Of a stretch of 62,839 bases of DNA, positions 9,816-18,300 are shown piece by piece. Source of the stretch: Candidatus Gastranaerophilales bacterium. Its GTDB lineage: Bacteria; Cyanobacteriota; Vampirovibrionia; Gastranaerophilales; Gastranaerophilaceae. A program made the position numbers and the translations under genes. The stretch is taken from the NCBI GenBank assembly GCA_944325565.1, contig CALVAT010000001.1, positions 1 through 62,839 of the forward strand, given 5' to 3'. The first letter of the stretch is position 1. Each line of letters begins with the position of its first letter. The notes below the pieces were generated by a model. The model ran no database searches, was not told the origin of the DNA, and was given only the letters and a program-made list of their open reading frames with translations.

Positions 9816-10781
9816 ATGAAAATTAATTTTAATAAGTCAGAATTAAGAAAAATTTTATCAAATCGTATTATATTTTATTTTGTACTGTTTGGCATAATAA
9901 ACTTTATTGCTTTTGCGCCTGTGAACAACTTAGTTATTGATATAATCTCGCATTTCATAATGCAATATCTAGTTATATGCCTTATTTTTATACCTCTTAT
10001 TTTTATATTTATACAGCCGAAAAAAATACGAATAATTTACGTAATAATCTCAATTGTACTATTAATTTTAAATTTTTACTCGTTACTACCTCATTATGAC
10101 AGCCAAATAGCCAATACTGATATGCCTAGCGGGATAAAAATTGGTTTATACAATGTGCTAACTCAAAACACAAACTATGAACTATTTCTAGAAGAACTAA
10201 AAACAGAAGCTCCTGACATCGCTGTCGTACAAGAAGTAAATAGCGACTGGCTTGAAAAAATTAAAGCAATAAAAAAAGAATATGCATACAATCTTGAGTA
10301 TCCAAGAGATGACAACTTCGGTATAGCAATATATTCAAAATATCCGTTTAACAGTTCAAATATCGAATTCTGGACATTATATGATATACCCGTACTAAGT
10401 ATTAATATAAAAAATATGCAATTATACTGTGTACACACACTACCACCAACAAGCAGGCAATATTTTTCTATCAGAAATGAAATGTTGAAAAATATTGCCG
10501 CTAAATTCAACAACAAACAAAGCATAATTATTGCAGGTGATTTCAACACAACAAGATTCTCTCACGCATATAAAACCGCTATAGAAAAAACCGGTGCACT
10601 AGATGTACAATCAGCACAAAAAAATCTCAGTGGCACGTGGTCAACAAAATTTCCTGCATTATTTAGAATTTCACTTGACCATATTTTGATATCTTCAGGT
10701 CTCAGCGCAAAAGACTTTAAAATAGGAAAGAATTTCGGAAGTGACCACCTGCCAATTTATGCAACAATTTATGATAAATAG
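9816..10781 (+). CDS. Membrane-anchored endonuclease/exonuclease/phosphatase (EEP) family protein
   Basis: N-terminal TM helices followed by EEP-like blocks (PDIAVVQEV, IIAGDFN, SDHLPI). Confidence 0.7.
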   Translation: MKINFNKSELRKILSNRIIFYFVLFGIINFIAFAPVNNLVIDIISHFIMQYLVICLIFIPLIFIFIQPKKIRIIYVIISIVLLILNFYSLLPHYDSQIANTDMPSGIKIGLYNVLTQNTNYELFLEELKTEAPDIAVVQEVNSDWLEKIKAIKKEYAYNLEYPRDDNFGIAIYSKYPFNSSNIEFWTLYDIPVLSINIKNMQLYCVHTLPPTSRQYFSIRNEMLKNIAAKFNNKQSIIIAGDFNTTRFSHAYKTAIEKTGALDVQSAQKNLSGTWSTKFPALFRISLDHILISSGLSAKDFKIGKNFGSDHLPIYATIYDK

Positions 10782-10783
10782 AA

Positions 10784-11119
10784 TTATGATATTTCTCTAA
10801 TCTCATCAATAAATTTTATAGCCTTTAAGTATAAATCAAGCTTGGCATCATCACTATTTAAAATTTTTTTTAAAAGTTGATTCTGTTTATCTGACAAAGA
10901 AGAATTAACATTGATACCAAAGTCATTGAATGAAAGGTTTAAAATCTCCGCCATCTTAAAAAAGTTATCTAAAGATGGATAATTTTTACCAGTTTCAATT
11001 TTACTGAGATGTTTTTCGCTTATACCAATTTTTTCAGCGAAATCAGACTGTGTCAGCCCCATCTTTTTTCGTGCCAATTTAATTTTTTCTGCAACAAATA
11101 GTTTATCAAAATAATACAT
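10784..11119 (-). CDS. XRE-family helix-turn-helix transcriptional regulator
   Basis: HTH_3 signature IKLARKKMGLTQSDFAEKIGISEKHLSKIETGKNYPSL. Confidence 0.8.
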   Translation of the reverse strand: MYYFDKLFVAEKIKLARKKMGLTQSDFAEKIGISEKHLSKIETGKNYPSLDNFFKMAEILNLSFNDFGINVNSSLSDKQNQLLKKILNSDDAKLDLYLKAIKFIDEIREIS

Positions 11120-11205
11120 TAGTAAATAAACCTCACTACTTTATAAAAAATAAACTATTTGTAATTACCTAAAAACAAGACTAATGAATACAAAACATAA
11201 AATGT

Positions 11206-11217
11206 ATCACATGTGAT
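11206..11217. promoter_or_regulatory. Perfect 12-nt palindrome ATCACATGTGAT in the divergent XRE / 11274 promoter region
   Basis: It is nested inside an outer TGAATA...TATTCA repeat. Candidate operator for the adjacent XRE regulator. Confidence 0.3.
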
Positions 11218-11273
11218 TATATTCATAGTATAATTTCAATACATGTAACACTAACTAGAGAATATAAATATAC

Positions 11274-11987
11274 ATGATTAGAAAATTAGGGAATAAATTA
11301 CTAATAAAAGTATTCAACATAAAAATCACATTAAAAAATTACTTAAGCAATGAGGTGTCAATTAAAAACAAATTAATACCGCTAGGTACCAATTGCTATG
11401 TAAGATTTAAACTAAGCCAGTACGGAGTTAAACCTAAAAAAAATAAAGGTGAACTAAGTTTCCCTTTTGACCTTTCAAGGATTCCTATTGAAGAAATACC
11501 TAAAATATTGAAAAATAATTTTGCTGATTACTTTGATAACATAGAGTACAGTGTTAATAATCAGCACTGGATCAACACTAAATATAAAATTTTATATATA
11601 CATGACAAAACTAAAGAAAAGAGTGAATTTATAACAAGATATAAAAATCGAATAAACAACTTCAATAAAATATTAAAACTGAAAAAAGTAATACTTATAA
11701 CAACCGTCCGGAACTTAGAAAGTGAAAAAATTATAAATGATATTTATGAAGCACTAACTAAAAAAGCTTGTAACGATAATTTCAAATATGTAGTGTGTAA
11801 TTTTATAAATACTGAAAAGAAATTAGATACAAGTAAAATTAATCAGAACATTAAATATAAAGAAATATTATGCAATGAAAACTATTGGAACAACTGGTGG
11901 CAAACAGAAAATGATTGTCTAAAAAATAATTACGAAATTACCAAAGAATTTATTGATTATATAAAAGAAATTTCAAACCAATTTTAA
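11274..11987 (+). CDS. Hypothetical protein, possibly DUF1796-like (putative papain-like cysteine peptidase family)
   Basis: N-terminal PLGTNCYV...LSFPFDL resembles the SLG.NC...PFDW pattern I recall for DUF1796. The gene is very AT-rich. Confidence 0.45.
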   Translation: MIRKLGNKLLIKVFNIKITLKNYLSNEVSIKNKLIPLGTNCYVRFKLSQYGVKPKKNKGELSFPFDLSRIPIEEIPKILKNNFADYFDNIEYSVNNQHWINTKYKILYIHDKTKEKSEFITRYKNRINNFNKILKLKKVILITTVRNLESEKIINDIYEALTKKACNDNFKYVVCNFINTEKKLDTSKINQNIKYKEILCNENYWNNWWQTENDCLKNNYEITKEFIDYIKEISNQF

Positions 11988-12530
11988 GGCCATTAGCAGG
12001 CCCGCTGGCAAGTCTAAAACTTGTGACTGGTATCTTGTATCATTTTTTATTGTTTCAAGAAAATCAGCCACCTTAGCCGCGTGAGAAACAACATTATCAG
12101 CAAGAATTATTGCGCCTTTGGGCAGCTTATCTTTTAACAAATCAAAATATTGAATATATTCGGACTTATTAGCATCTATAAATACCATATCAGGTATAAA
12201 GTCTAATTCAGACAATATTTCAAGTGCCCTGCCCTGCTTAAAAGTCACAAAGTTTGTCAAACCACATTTTTCTATATTTTCTCTAGCTATGCACTGTCTT
12301 TTCTCATAAAATTCAATTGTCGTTAAATGACCATTTCTACCAGAATCCTTTAGTGCATCAGCAATCCATAGTGTAGAATATCCATTAGAAGTGCCTATTT
12401 CCAATACATTTTTTACATTAGAAATTTTTATGAGCATGCTAATAAACTCGGCTGTCTGATGTGATATATTCCAGAAATCATGCTGAGTTTCTTCAAGTTT
12501 TTCGGTCAATTCAAGTGTTTCAGTATCCAT
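11973..12530 (-). CDS. Class I SAM-dependent O-methyltransferase (caffeoyl-CoA OMT / YrrM-like)
   Basis: VLEIGTSNGYSTLWIA (SAM motif I), VFIDANKSEY and ADNV blocks. Confidence 0.75.
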   Translation of the reverse strand: MDTETLELTEKLEETQHDFWNISHQTAEFISMLIKISNVKNVLEIGTSNGYSTLWIADALKDSGRNGHLTTIEFYEKRQCIARENIEKCGLTNFVTFKQGRALEILSELDFIPDMVFIDANKSEYIQYFDLLKDKLPKGAIILADNVVSHAAKVADFLETIKNDTRYQSQVLDLPAGLLMALKLV

Positions 12531-12539
12531 TAATAATTC

Positions 12540-13988
12540 TTACTTAACCTTTCTATTTAACAGTTCCAAATCGCTAATTGTTATATTGGTTGGAACAGTT
12601 TGAAGAACAGTATTTTTATTTAAATCAAATACATGATAATTCTTATTCAACACATTAGTTATTAATAAGACATTAGATTTTGGAACCTCAACGAGTTTTT
12701 TAGAAAATCCACCGCCAGGAAGCTGTACCTGCGCAATCATTGAGTAATCTTCAAGATTGAATATATCTAACTCATTTGAGGCACACAAAATGTACAATTT
12801 GTTCCCTAGTAACAACATATCTACAGGTTTATTAGCCAGAGGCTGGCTATATATTATATCTTTAAGATCATTATCAACTACCTGAAGCTCATTTGTCGTT
12901 CTCGATAATAGGTATACATTATTCCCCCTTAAAGCAAGTTTTGAAACATTTGAAGCGTTATAAACATATTTATTCAAATATGTCTCGTCAAGCGCAAGAG
13001 TATAAATATCTCCTGTGTTTCTGTCAGAATACACTATTGAACTACCGTCATCGCTTAAGGCAATATTTTTAGGATATCCTTTGACCTTGATTTTTTCAAG
13101 CAGTGCCATATTTTTTAAATCTATGACAAAAATTGCCTGATCGTCTAGAACCGCAATATATGCTTTAGATTTATCCTTTGTCAATATAATTTCTGAAGGT
13201 TGATATGATAAATCTATTTTTTTAGCAATAACCTCTTGATCAATATCTGCAACCTCTATGTATGTTTTTCCGGCCGCAGCAACGAGTAAGTATTTATCGT
13301 CGCTAACAGGTTGAACAAATTTAGGAAGATTTTCTAATCTCAGTGTGTATTTTGGAACAACAGAATTTGAAGGTATCACGTTAACCATTTTTGAATCAAG
13401 TGTAGTAACTAGCAAAGTCTTATCCTGCATAGCTGATACCGGAGTAATTTTCACATTGCTCTTCAAATTTGTTTTATCAACAAATGTCGACTCCTTCAAA
13501 ATGTCATTGATTCTAGAATCTGCAACATTAATCACCAAATCACCCATCATTATCTTCAGGTCCTCCGGTATTATTAAACCAGGAGGAACAAGCATGTCCT
13601 GAGGGAAAAGACCTGTTTTAACAACAAAAGGAATATTCTTTGTATCTGTAACGGTTAGCTGTCCTTTAGAATTTTTAATCACCTTTAACAAAGCAAGATT
13701 TGAATCAAAAACTACAACTTCTGGATGCTGTGTCAATTTTTGATTCGCAGGATATGTTGTTACTACCTTGCCAGAAGGATTTTTCTTCGGATTAGACGGC
13801 AAAACAGGCAAATAGATAGTACCATCAGGTAAAGTAACCAAACCGTCAAATCTGATACTTGCATTTGGCAAATCAGTTTTTATAGTCTGCACAATATAAG
13901 GAGGAAGTTTTGTTGCATAAGACGACATAGCTGACAAACAATAAACCAGAGTTAAAACAGCTACATTTTTTAAGTTAAACTTCATCAT
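12540..13988 (-). CDS. Secreted beta-propeller repeat protein (YVTN/YncE-like)
   Basis: Signal peptide followed by repeated ~40-aa units (KAYIAVLDDQAIFVIDL, SSIVYSDRNTGDIYTL, NVYLLSRTTNELQVVD). Confidence 0.55.
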   Translation of the reverse strand: MMKFNLKNVAVLTLVYCLSAMSSYATKLPPYIVQTIKTDLPNASIRFDGLVTLPDGTIYLPVLPSNPKKNPSGKVVTTYPANQKLTQHPEVVVFDSNLALLKVIKNSKGQLTVTDTKNIPFVVKTGLFPQDMLVPPGLIIPEDLKIMMGDLVINVADSRINDILKESTFVDKTNLKSNVKITPVSAMQDKTLLVTTLDSKMVNVIPSNSVVPKYTLRLENLPKFVQPVSDDKYLLVAAAGKTYIEVADIDQEVIAKKIDLSYQPSEIILTKDKSKAYIAVLDDQAIFVIDLKNMALLEKIKVKGYPKNIALSDDGSSIVYSDRNTGDIYTLALDETYLNKYVYNASNVSKLALRGNNVYLLSRTTNELQVVDNDLKDIIYSQPLANKPVDMLLLGNKLYILCASNELDIFNLEDYSMIAQVQLPGGGFSKKLVEVPKSNVLLITNVLNKNYHVFDLNKNTVLQTVPTNITISDLELLNRKVK

Positions 13989-14003
13989 ACTATCCTTATA
14001 TAA

Positions 14004-15128
14004 TTAACTGTGAATTGCATTTTTAAACTTGTCTATAAGCTTCTCACTCGGTTTTTTATTTTCCGACAATTCAAAAAGCTTTTTATAAAGTCTTTTTTCC
14101 TCATCATTAAGTGATTTTGGAGGCTTGTATTTTATCAAGACAAGATGATCTCCTCTTTTTTCAGGATGTCCTAAATAAGGAACACCTGCATTTTTTATAG
14201 TAAGTATTTTACCATATTCTATACCTGCTGGCACAACAAGTTCTTTTTCTCCGTGAACGGTATTAACAGTAATAGAATCCCCGAGCACAGCCTGAGGCAT
14301 ACTTATATTAACTTCAGAATATATGTTAAACCCTTCGCGTTTAAAAGATTTATGAGGCTTAACGTGCATGACAATATATAAATCACCGCTTGAACCGCCG
14401 TTTTTACCGGCATCCCCCTCTTTAGCAACACGAATTTTAGCATTATTATCTACACCTGAAGGTATTTTAACCTTTATAGTTTTTTCTTTTTCAACCCTGC
14501 CTTCCCCGTTGCAAGTTTTACATGGCGATCCTATAATTTGGCCGCTTCCATGACATTTAGGGCAAACTGTTACCTGTTGTATACTTCCCAAAATTGTTCT
14601 TGTAACATGCGCAACTCGCCCTTTGCCGTTACAATCAGGACACATTGTAGGCTTTGTACCAGGCTGTGCACCAGTACCATAACAATCTTTACACATTTCA
14701 AGATGGTCTATTTTGATTTCTTTTTCAACCCCAAAAACAGCCTCTTCAAACTCTAACTCTATATCAAGTCTGAGATCATGGCCTCTTTGCGGAGCATTAG
14801 GGTCAACCTGTGCGGACGAAAATCCGCCCATGCCACCAAAAAATGATTCAAATATATCATTTATATCCCCAAAGCCAAAATCAAATGGTCCAGCACTGTC
14901 AAATCCAGCGTTTGTCAAGCCTTCTTCGCCATATCGGTCATACAAAGAACGTTTTTCCTCATTAGATAAAGTTTCATAAGCTTTACCAAGTTCTTTAAAT
15001 CTTTCCTCAGCATCAGGTGCCTTATTTACATCAGGGTGAAGTTCTCTTGCTTTTTTTCTAAAAGCTGATTTAATTTCGGCCTGTGTTGCATCTTTTGATA
15101 CACCCAGTATTTCGTAATAATTAGCCAT
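14004..15128 (-). CDS. dnaJ: Molecular chaperone DnaJ
   Basis: J-domain (YYEILGV...HPD), G/F region, and four CxxCxGxG zinc motifs. ATG 15128 is preferred; an in-frame GTG at 15137 overlaps the grpE stop. Confidence 0.95.
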   Translation of the reverse strand: MANYYEILGVSKDATQAEIKSAFRKKARELHPDVNKAPDAEERFKELGKAYETLSNEEKRSLYDRYGEEGLTNAGFDSAGPFDFGFGDINDIFESFFGGMGGFSSAQVDPNAPQRGHDLRLDIELEFEEAVFGVEKEIKIDHLEMCKDCYGTGAQPGTKPTMCPDCNGKGRVAHVTRTILGSIQQVTVCPKCHGSGQIIGSPCKTCNGEGRVEKEKTIKVKIPSGVDNNAKIRVAKEGDAGKNGGSSGDLYIVMHVKPHKSFKREGFNIYSEVNISMPQAVLGDSITVNTVHGEKELVVPAGIEYGKILTIKNAGVPYLGHPEKRGDHLVLIKYKPPKSLNDEEKRLYKKLFELSENKKPSEKLIDKFKNAIHS

Positions 15129-15136
15129 ATTCCTCA

Positions 15137-15724
15137 CTATTCACTAACTGCAACATTAACAAGCGATGGTCTTAAAACCTTATCACCAAGCTTATACCCC
15201 TTCTGAAGTTCAGCAATTATAGTATTTTCAGGGTAATCACTTGTAGGAGTCTGCATGACTGCCTCATGTTCGTTAGGATCAAATTCCTTATCTTTTGTAT
15301 CAATAACTTCCAGCCCTATTTTGGCCAGAACATCATAAATTTGCTTAAAAACTAAATTATAACTGTCTTTAACAGTATTAACGTCATCTACATTTTCAAC
15401 AGATGCCTTTGCTCTGTCAATATTATCAAGAGCCTCTATCATTTTCTTTAAAGTTTCTTCCGCACCGTATTTTAAAAGCGCCTCACGCTCTTGCATTTGT
15501 CTTTTTCTATAATTATCAAAATCCGCAGCGAGCCTTATATATTGATTATTTATTTTATCAAGCTCAGATTTTAGAGAAGTTATCTCATCTGTTATTTGAG
15601 AATCTGTTTCCTCAGAAGTATTGTCATCGCTAGCTTCAGTTGCATCAAAACCATCCTTTGCAAACGGATTATTATCAGATTTTAATTCTTCAACATTATC
15701 AATTTCTTTATTTTCGTTCCCCAT
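15137..15724 (-). CDS. grpE: Nucleotide exchange factor GrpE
   Basis: Acidic N-terminus, coiled coil [12 protein letters not shown], and a C-terminal block (FDPN.HEA...GY.L.D.VLRP..V.V). Confidence 0.9.
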   Translation of the reverse strand: MGNENKEIDNVEELKSDNNPFAKDGFDATEASDDNTSEETDSQITDEITSLKSELDKINNQYIRLAADFDNYRKRQMQEREALLKYGAEETLKKMIEALDNIDRAKASVENVDDVNTVKDSYNLVFKQIYDVLAKIGLEVIDTKDKEFDPNEHEAVMQTPTSDYPENTIIAELQKGYKLGDKVLRPSLVNVAVSE

Positions 15725-15797
15725 AATAAAAACCCTTTATTAATTTCAATATTCTTAATTATAAAATATCAAGGTATTTACTCAAGGAAATTTAATT

Positions 15798-15861
15798 ATT
15801 TCTTAACTTTTCATTAATTTAGACTCGTAAGAGCCATTGAAAGTTTCAATTGTTAAGAAAT
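15798..15861. promoter_or_regulatory. Nested inverted repeats upstream of grpE: ATTTCTTAAC...GTTAAGAAAT enclosing ATTGAAA-G-TTTCAAT
   Basis: Outer arms at 15798-15807 and 15852-15861; inner 15-nt palindrome at 15836-15850. No CIRCE-like TTAGCACTC-N9-GAGTGCTAA was seen. Confidence 0.3.
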
Positions 15862-15897
15862 GTAATGAAAAAAAACAAAAATGAATTTAGGGTAGAA

Positions 15898-15922
15898 AAA
15901 ATGTTTTTATATATGTACGAGG
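15898..15922 (+). promoter_or_regulatory. Shared upstream motif, copy 1: AAAATGTTTTTATATATGTACGAGG
   Basis: The first 17 nt are identical to the minus-strand motif at 17414-17438. The TATATATGTACGAG part resembles 59061-59079. It lies 48 nt upstream of ATG 15971. Confidence 0.45.
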
Positions 15923-15970
15923 TATATAAAAAGTATTTCAGAAGTAAACAATTAGAAGAAGGAGTAAATT

Positions 15971-16132
15971 ATGAACGTATCAGCAATCGGAAATCTATTC
16001 TCATCCTACAAACAGCCTGAACGAATCGAACACAAACCTGTAGAAACAGCAGGCTCACTGGCATTTGGCACAGCAGAAACAGCAGGTTCACTGGCAAACA
16101 ATGTAGGCGGTTCATTCTCAGCAATGGCATAA
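15971..16132 (+). CDS. Small protein (53 aa) with internal ETAGSLA repeat; not in the supplied ORF track (<60 aa)
   Basis: Strong RBS GAAGGAG 7 nt before the ATG. Product is MNVSAIGNLFSSYKQPERIEHKPVETAGSLAFGTAETAGSLANNVGGSFSAMA. A 21-nt direct repeat sits at 16043-16063 and 16076-16096 (20/21 identical). Confidence 0.5.
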   Translation: MNVSAIGNLFSSYKQPERIEHKPVETAGSLAFGTAETAGSLANNVGGSFSAMA

Positions 16133-16155
16133 GGCAAAGTTAAAATTACGGAGAA

Positions 16156-16338
16156 ATGGACGACTACTATTCAATCGGGGTGGAAATGACTAACATTACA
16201 GAAATTAAAATAGCCAGATATGCTCTAATTGCAATTTTACTAATGAGCATGGCAAATTTCTACACATCAATAAATACACTTGCACAAACAACTAACTACG
16301 GAAATCATCCGTCTATCTTATCAGGCTATAATAAGTAA
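16156..16338 (+). CDS. Small hydrophobic protein (60 aa, one predicted TM helix)
   Basis: ORF 23 nt after the 53-aa ORF with TM segment IARYALIAILLMSMANF. It is followed by a terminator. The start codon is uncertain. Confidence 0.35.
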   Translation: MDDYYSIGVEMTNITEIKIARYALIAILLMSMANFYTSINTLAQTTNYGNHPSILSGYNK

Positions 16339-16363
16339 ATAAGCAAAAATAAAGAGAACAAAA

Positions 16364-16390
16364 AACACCCGTTGTGGGTGTTTTTTGTTT
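16364..16390. terminator. Bidirectional rho-independent terminator between convergent genes
   Basis: AACACCC-GTTGT-GGGTGTT hairpin flanked by an A-run and TTTTTGTTT. Confidence 0.7.
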
Positions 16391-16652
16391 AATTCATTGA
16401 TTTATAACACTCTTTGCAATATACTTCTTTGCCCAAAACAGGTTTAAATGGAACTTGAGTTTGTGCTCCGCATTTTGAACAAACAACATCATACATTTTT
16501 TTTCTATTGTTTTGCCTTCTTTTTTTTCTACAATCCGGACAGCGTTTTGGTTTATTTACCAATCCTTTTTCAGCATAAAATTCCTGCTCACCTGCAGTAA
16601 ATATAAATTCTGCTCCACAATCCTCGCAGATGAGTTTTTCGTCTTGATACAT
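16389..16652 (-). CDS. Zinc-ribbon protein with paired CxxC motifs (CxxC-x17-CxxC-like, duplicated)
   Basis: CEDCG...CPDC and CSKCG...CKEC motifs. ATG 16652 has an AAGGAG RBS; the track ORF extends to 16736. Confidence 0.65.
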   Translation of the reverse strand: MYQDEKLICEDCGAEFIFTAGEQEFYAEKGLVNKPKRCPDCRKKRRQNNRKKMYDVVCSKCGAQTQVPFKPVLGKEVYCKECYKSMN

Positions 16653-16754
16653 TAATCTATTCTCCTTGTTATAAATTGGTAAATAAATACCATTAGTATG
16701 CTTATTTATTTTATAACTTTTTAACCAATTAATCAAATAAACAGATATAAAAAA

Positions 16755-16781
16755 AGTTCCAGATGCTATAAATCTGGAACT
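16755..16781 (-). terminator. Rho-independent terminator after the 16833-17378 gene
   Basis: 10-bp stem AGTTCCAGAT/ATCTGGAACT with a 7-nt loop and a T-run on the minus strand. Confidence 0.65.
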
Positions 16782-16832
16782 TTTATATCCACTTATTCAC
16801 ACACGCGAGGAATTATGTATACTACTTACTCA

Positions 16833-17378
16833 TTATGCATACTTAGGTGCTGTTCTTTCTATGCCTTTGCTTTCCTGCTCTTCAACCTTTTCAAGTTCTG
16901 TTTCAGCAGCCTTGAGTTGAGTTTCTATCATTAATTTTTGGTTCGTAATATCAGTTTCAAGACGTTTAACCTTTGCAGCCTCAGCTTTACCAGCAGCATC
17001 AAGCGCCTGTTTGAAAAATGCATTAAATACAAAGAACTGATTAGCTTGAAGAGAGCGAGGATTCGATGGATCAACAAGCATACCGTATTGCCCGCCGGAT
17101 GCAGCATTCATATTCAATATATTTGCATTATAGATTTGAGTTGCTCTTGAAGCATCATATAATGCTTGAGGTACGCTGTTATTGAAATAATTCATATTTA
17201 CACCAAAAATGCTAGCTGGAGAGCTCATAAACTCATCCGGTGTAATAACACCGTCAGCAACGTTGCCAGCGTAAACAGACAAATCTTGAAGCTTTTGTGA
17301 AATCTCCATCAACCTGCATTGAAGATTGTTGATTCGCTGAGTCAATTGTAGTTTTCGCATTGTAAATATTGCGTACAC
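16833..17378 (-). CDS. Hypothetical coiled-coil protein, paralog of 59105-59500
   Basis: GTG start preceded by TAGGAG. N-terminal LQLTQRINNLQCRLMEISQ and C-terminal ...IERTAPKYA match YQLTQITNTLSRMAMESQ and ...IEKTFKYGN in the other gene. Confidence 0.65.
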   Translation of the reverse strand: MYAIFTMRKLQLTQRINNLQCRLMEISQKLQDLSVYAGNVADGVITPDEFMSSPASIFGVNMNYFNNSVPQALYDASRATQIYNANILNMNAASGGQYGMLVDPSNPRSLQANQFFVFNAFFKQALDAAGKAEAAKVKRLETDITNQKLMIETQLKAAETELEKVEEQESKGIERTAPKYA

Positions 17379-17413
17379 TGTTCTAGTCTCCTACCATAAC
17401 CAAACTTTATTAA

Positions 17414-17438
17414 CCTTACATATATATAAAAACATTTT
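17414..17438 (-). promoter_or_regulatory. Shared upstream motif, copy 2: AAAATGTTTTTATATATATGTAAGG (minus strand)
   Basis: It lies 35 nt upstream of GTG 17378 and shares a 17-nt identical run with 15898-15914. Confidence 0.45.
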
Positions 17439-17560
17439 GAAAATGAAAATTGCCCGAGTTAAACTATAAAAACTTCTTTAACTTTAAACGCCCCTAAAAG
17501 GCTGTTATAGTTGAATTTCAAAGATATTATAACAAAATAAATTATTGAAAAAATAAATAA

Positions 17561-17597
17561 AAAGTAGCTATTGATTATATAAAAAATAGCTACTTTT
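17561..17597 (-). terminator. Possible terminator after clpP
   Basis: AAAGTAGCTA/TAGCTACTTT stem with a 17-nt AT-rich loop and flanking A/T runs. Confidence 0.35.
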
Positions 17598-17631
17598 TAT
17601 TTATACAAATTTTATTATTTATTAAGAAATA

Positions 17632-18243
17632 TTAAGCGGATCTCAATATGACCTTATCAATCAAACCGTATTCAACTGCTTCTTGAGCTGACATATAATA
17701 ATCACGCTCGGTATCCTTCTTAATTTTTTCAAGAGGCTGAGAACAATTTGAGGCAAGAATACCATTGAGCATATTTTTCATTCTCAATATTTCCTTTGCT
17801 TCAATCTCTATATCAGTAGCCTGCCCCTGTGCTCCGCCTAAGGGCTGATGAATCATAATTCTTGAGCTTGGAAGAGAGAGCCTTTTACCCTTAGTGCCGG
17901 AAGAAAGAAGGAAAGACCCCATGCTTGCAGCCTCTCCAATACAAATAGTACTTACATCAGCACGTATACTCTGCATAGTATCATATATAGCCATACCAGC
18001 TGTTATAACTCCACCAGGGCTGTTTATATATAGCATAATATCTTTTTCTGGATTTTCAGAATCAAGCAACAATAACTCTGCTACAATGACATTTGCCATT
18101 TCATCATCTATTTCTTCCCCTAAAAATATGATTCTTTCTCTAAGCAATCTTGAAAATATATCAAAAGAACGCTCACCTCTGGCAGAAGATTCAATAACCA
18201 TAGGAACATAGCTCAAAATTTTAGTATAATCAAATTCAGTCAT
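17632..18243 (-). CDS. clpP: ATP-dependent Clp protease proteolytic subunit ClpP
   Basis: Family blocks P.VIE...RGER..DI.SRLL..RII.LG and [11 protein letters not shown] (Ser), IMIHQP (His). ATG 18243 is preceded by AAAGGAG. Confidence 0.95.
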   Translation of the reverse strand: MTEFDYTKILSYVPMVIESSARGERSFDIFSRLLRERIIFLGEEIDDEMANVIVAELLLLDSENPEKDIMLYINSPGGVITAGMAIYDTMQSIRADVSTICIGEAASMGSFLLSSGTKGKRLSLPSSRIMIHQPLGGAQGQATDIEIEAKEILRMKNMLNGILASNCSQPLEKIKKDTERDYYMSAQEAVEYGLIDKVILRSA

Positions 18244-18300
18244 ACAATCTCCTTTAAATGATATACATATCATTTTATTAAGAAATAGATAAAAAACAAA

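Noticed and set aside
9403-9816. 137-aa + strand ORF overlapping the clpC 3' end
   Set aside because: It is an alternative frame of a strongly supported ClpC coding region and runs through the clpC terminator.
15725-15970. Search for an HrcA CIRCE element upstream of grpE (TTAGACTC at ~15819 looked like a half-site)
   Set aside because: No complementary GAGTCTAA half follows at N9 spacing, so it is not CIRCE.
16793-16801. DnaA-box-like TTATTCACA
   Set aside because: It is a single isolated 9-mer in a terminator-containing spacer, with no cluster or AT-rich unwinding element and no dnaA/dnaN nearby. It is probably chance.
16833-17378. Possibility that the paralogous coiled-coil proteins (also 59105-59500) are miniature flagellins
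   Set aside because: At 131-181 aa they are too short for flagellin D0/D1 domains. They also lack the conserved flagellin N- and C-terminal motifs as I recall them. I keep them as an unknown family.
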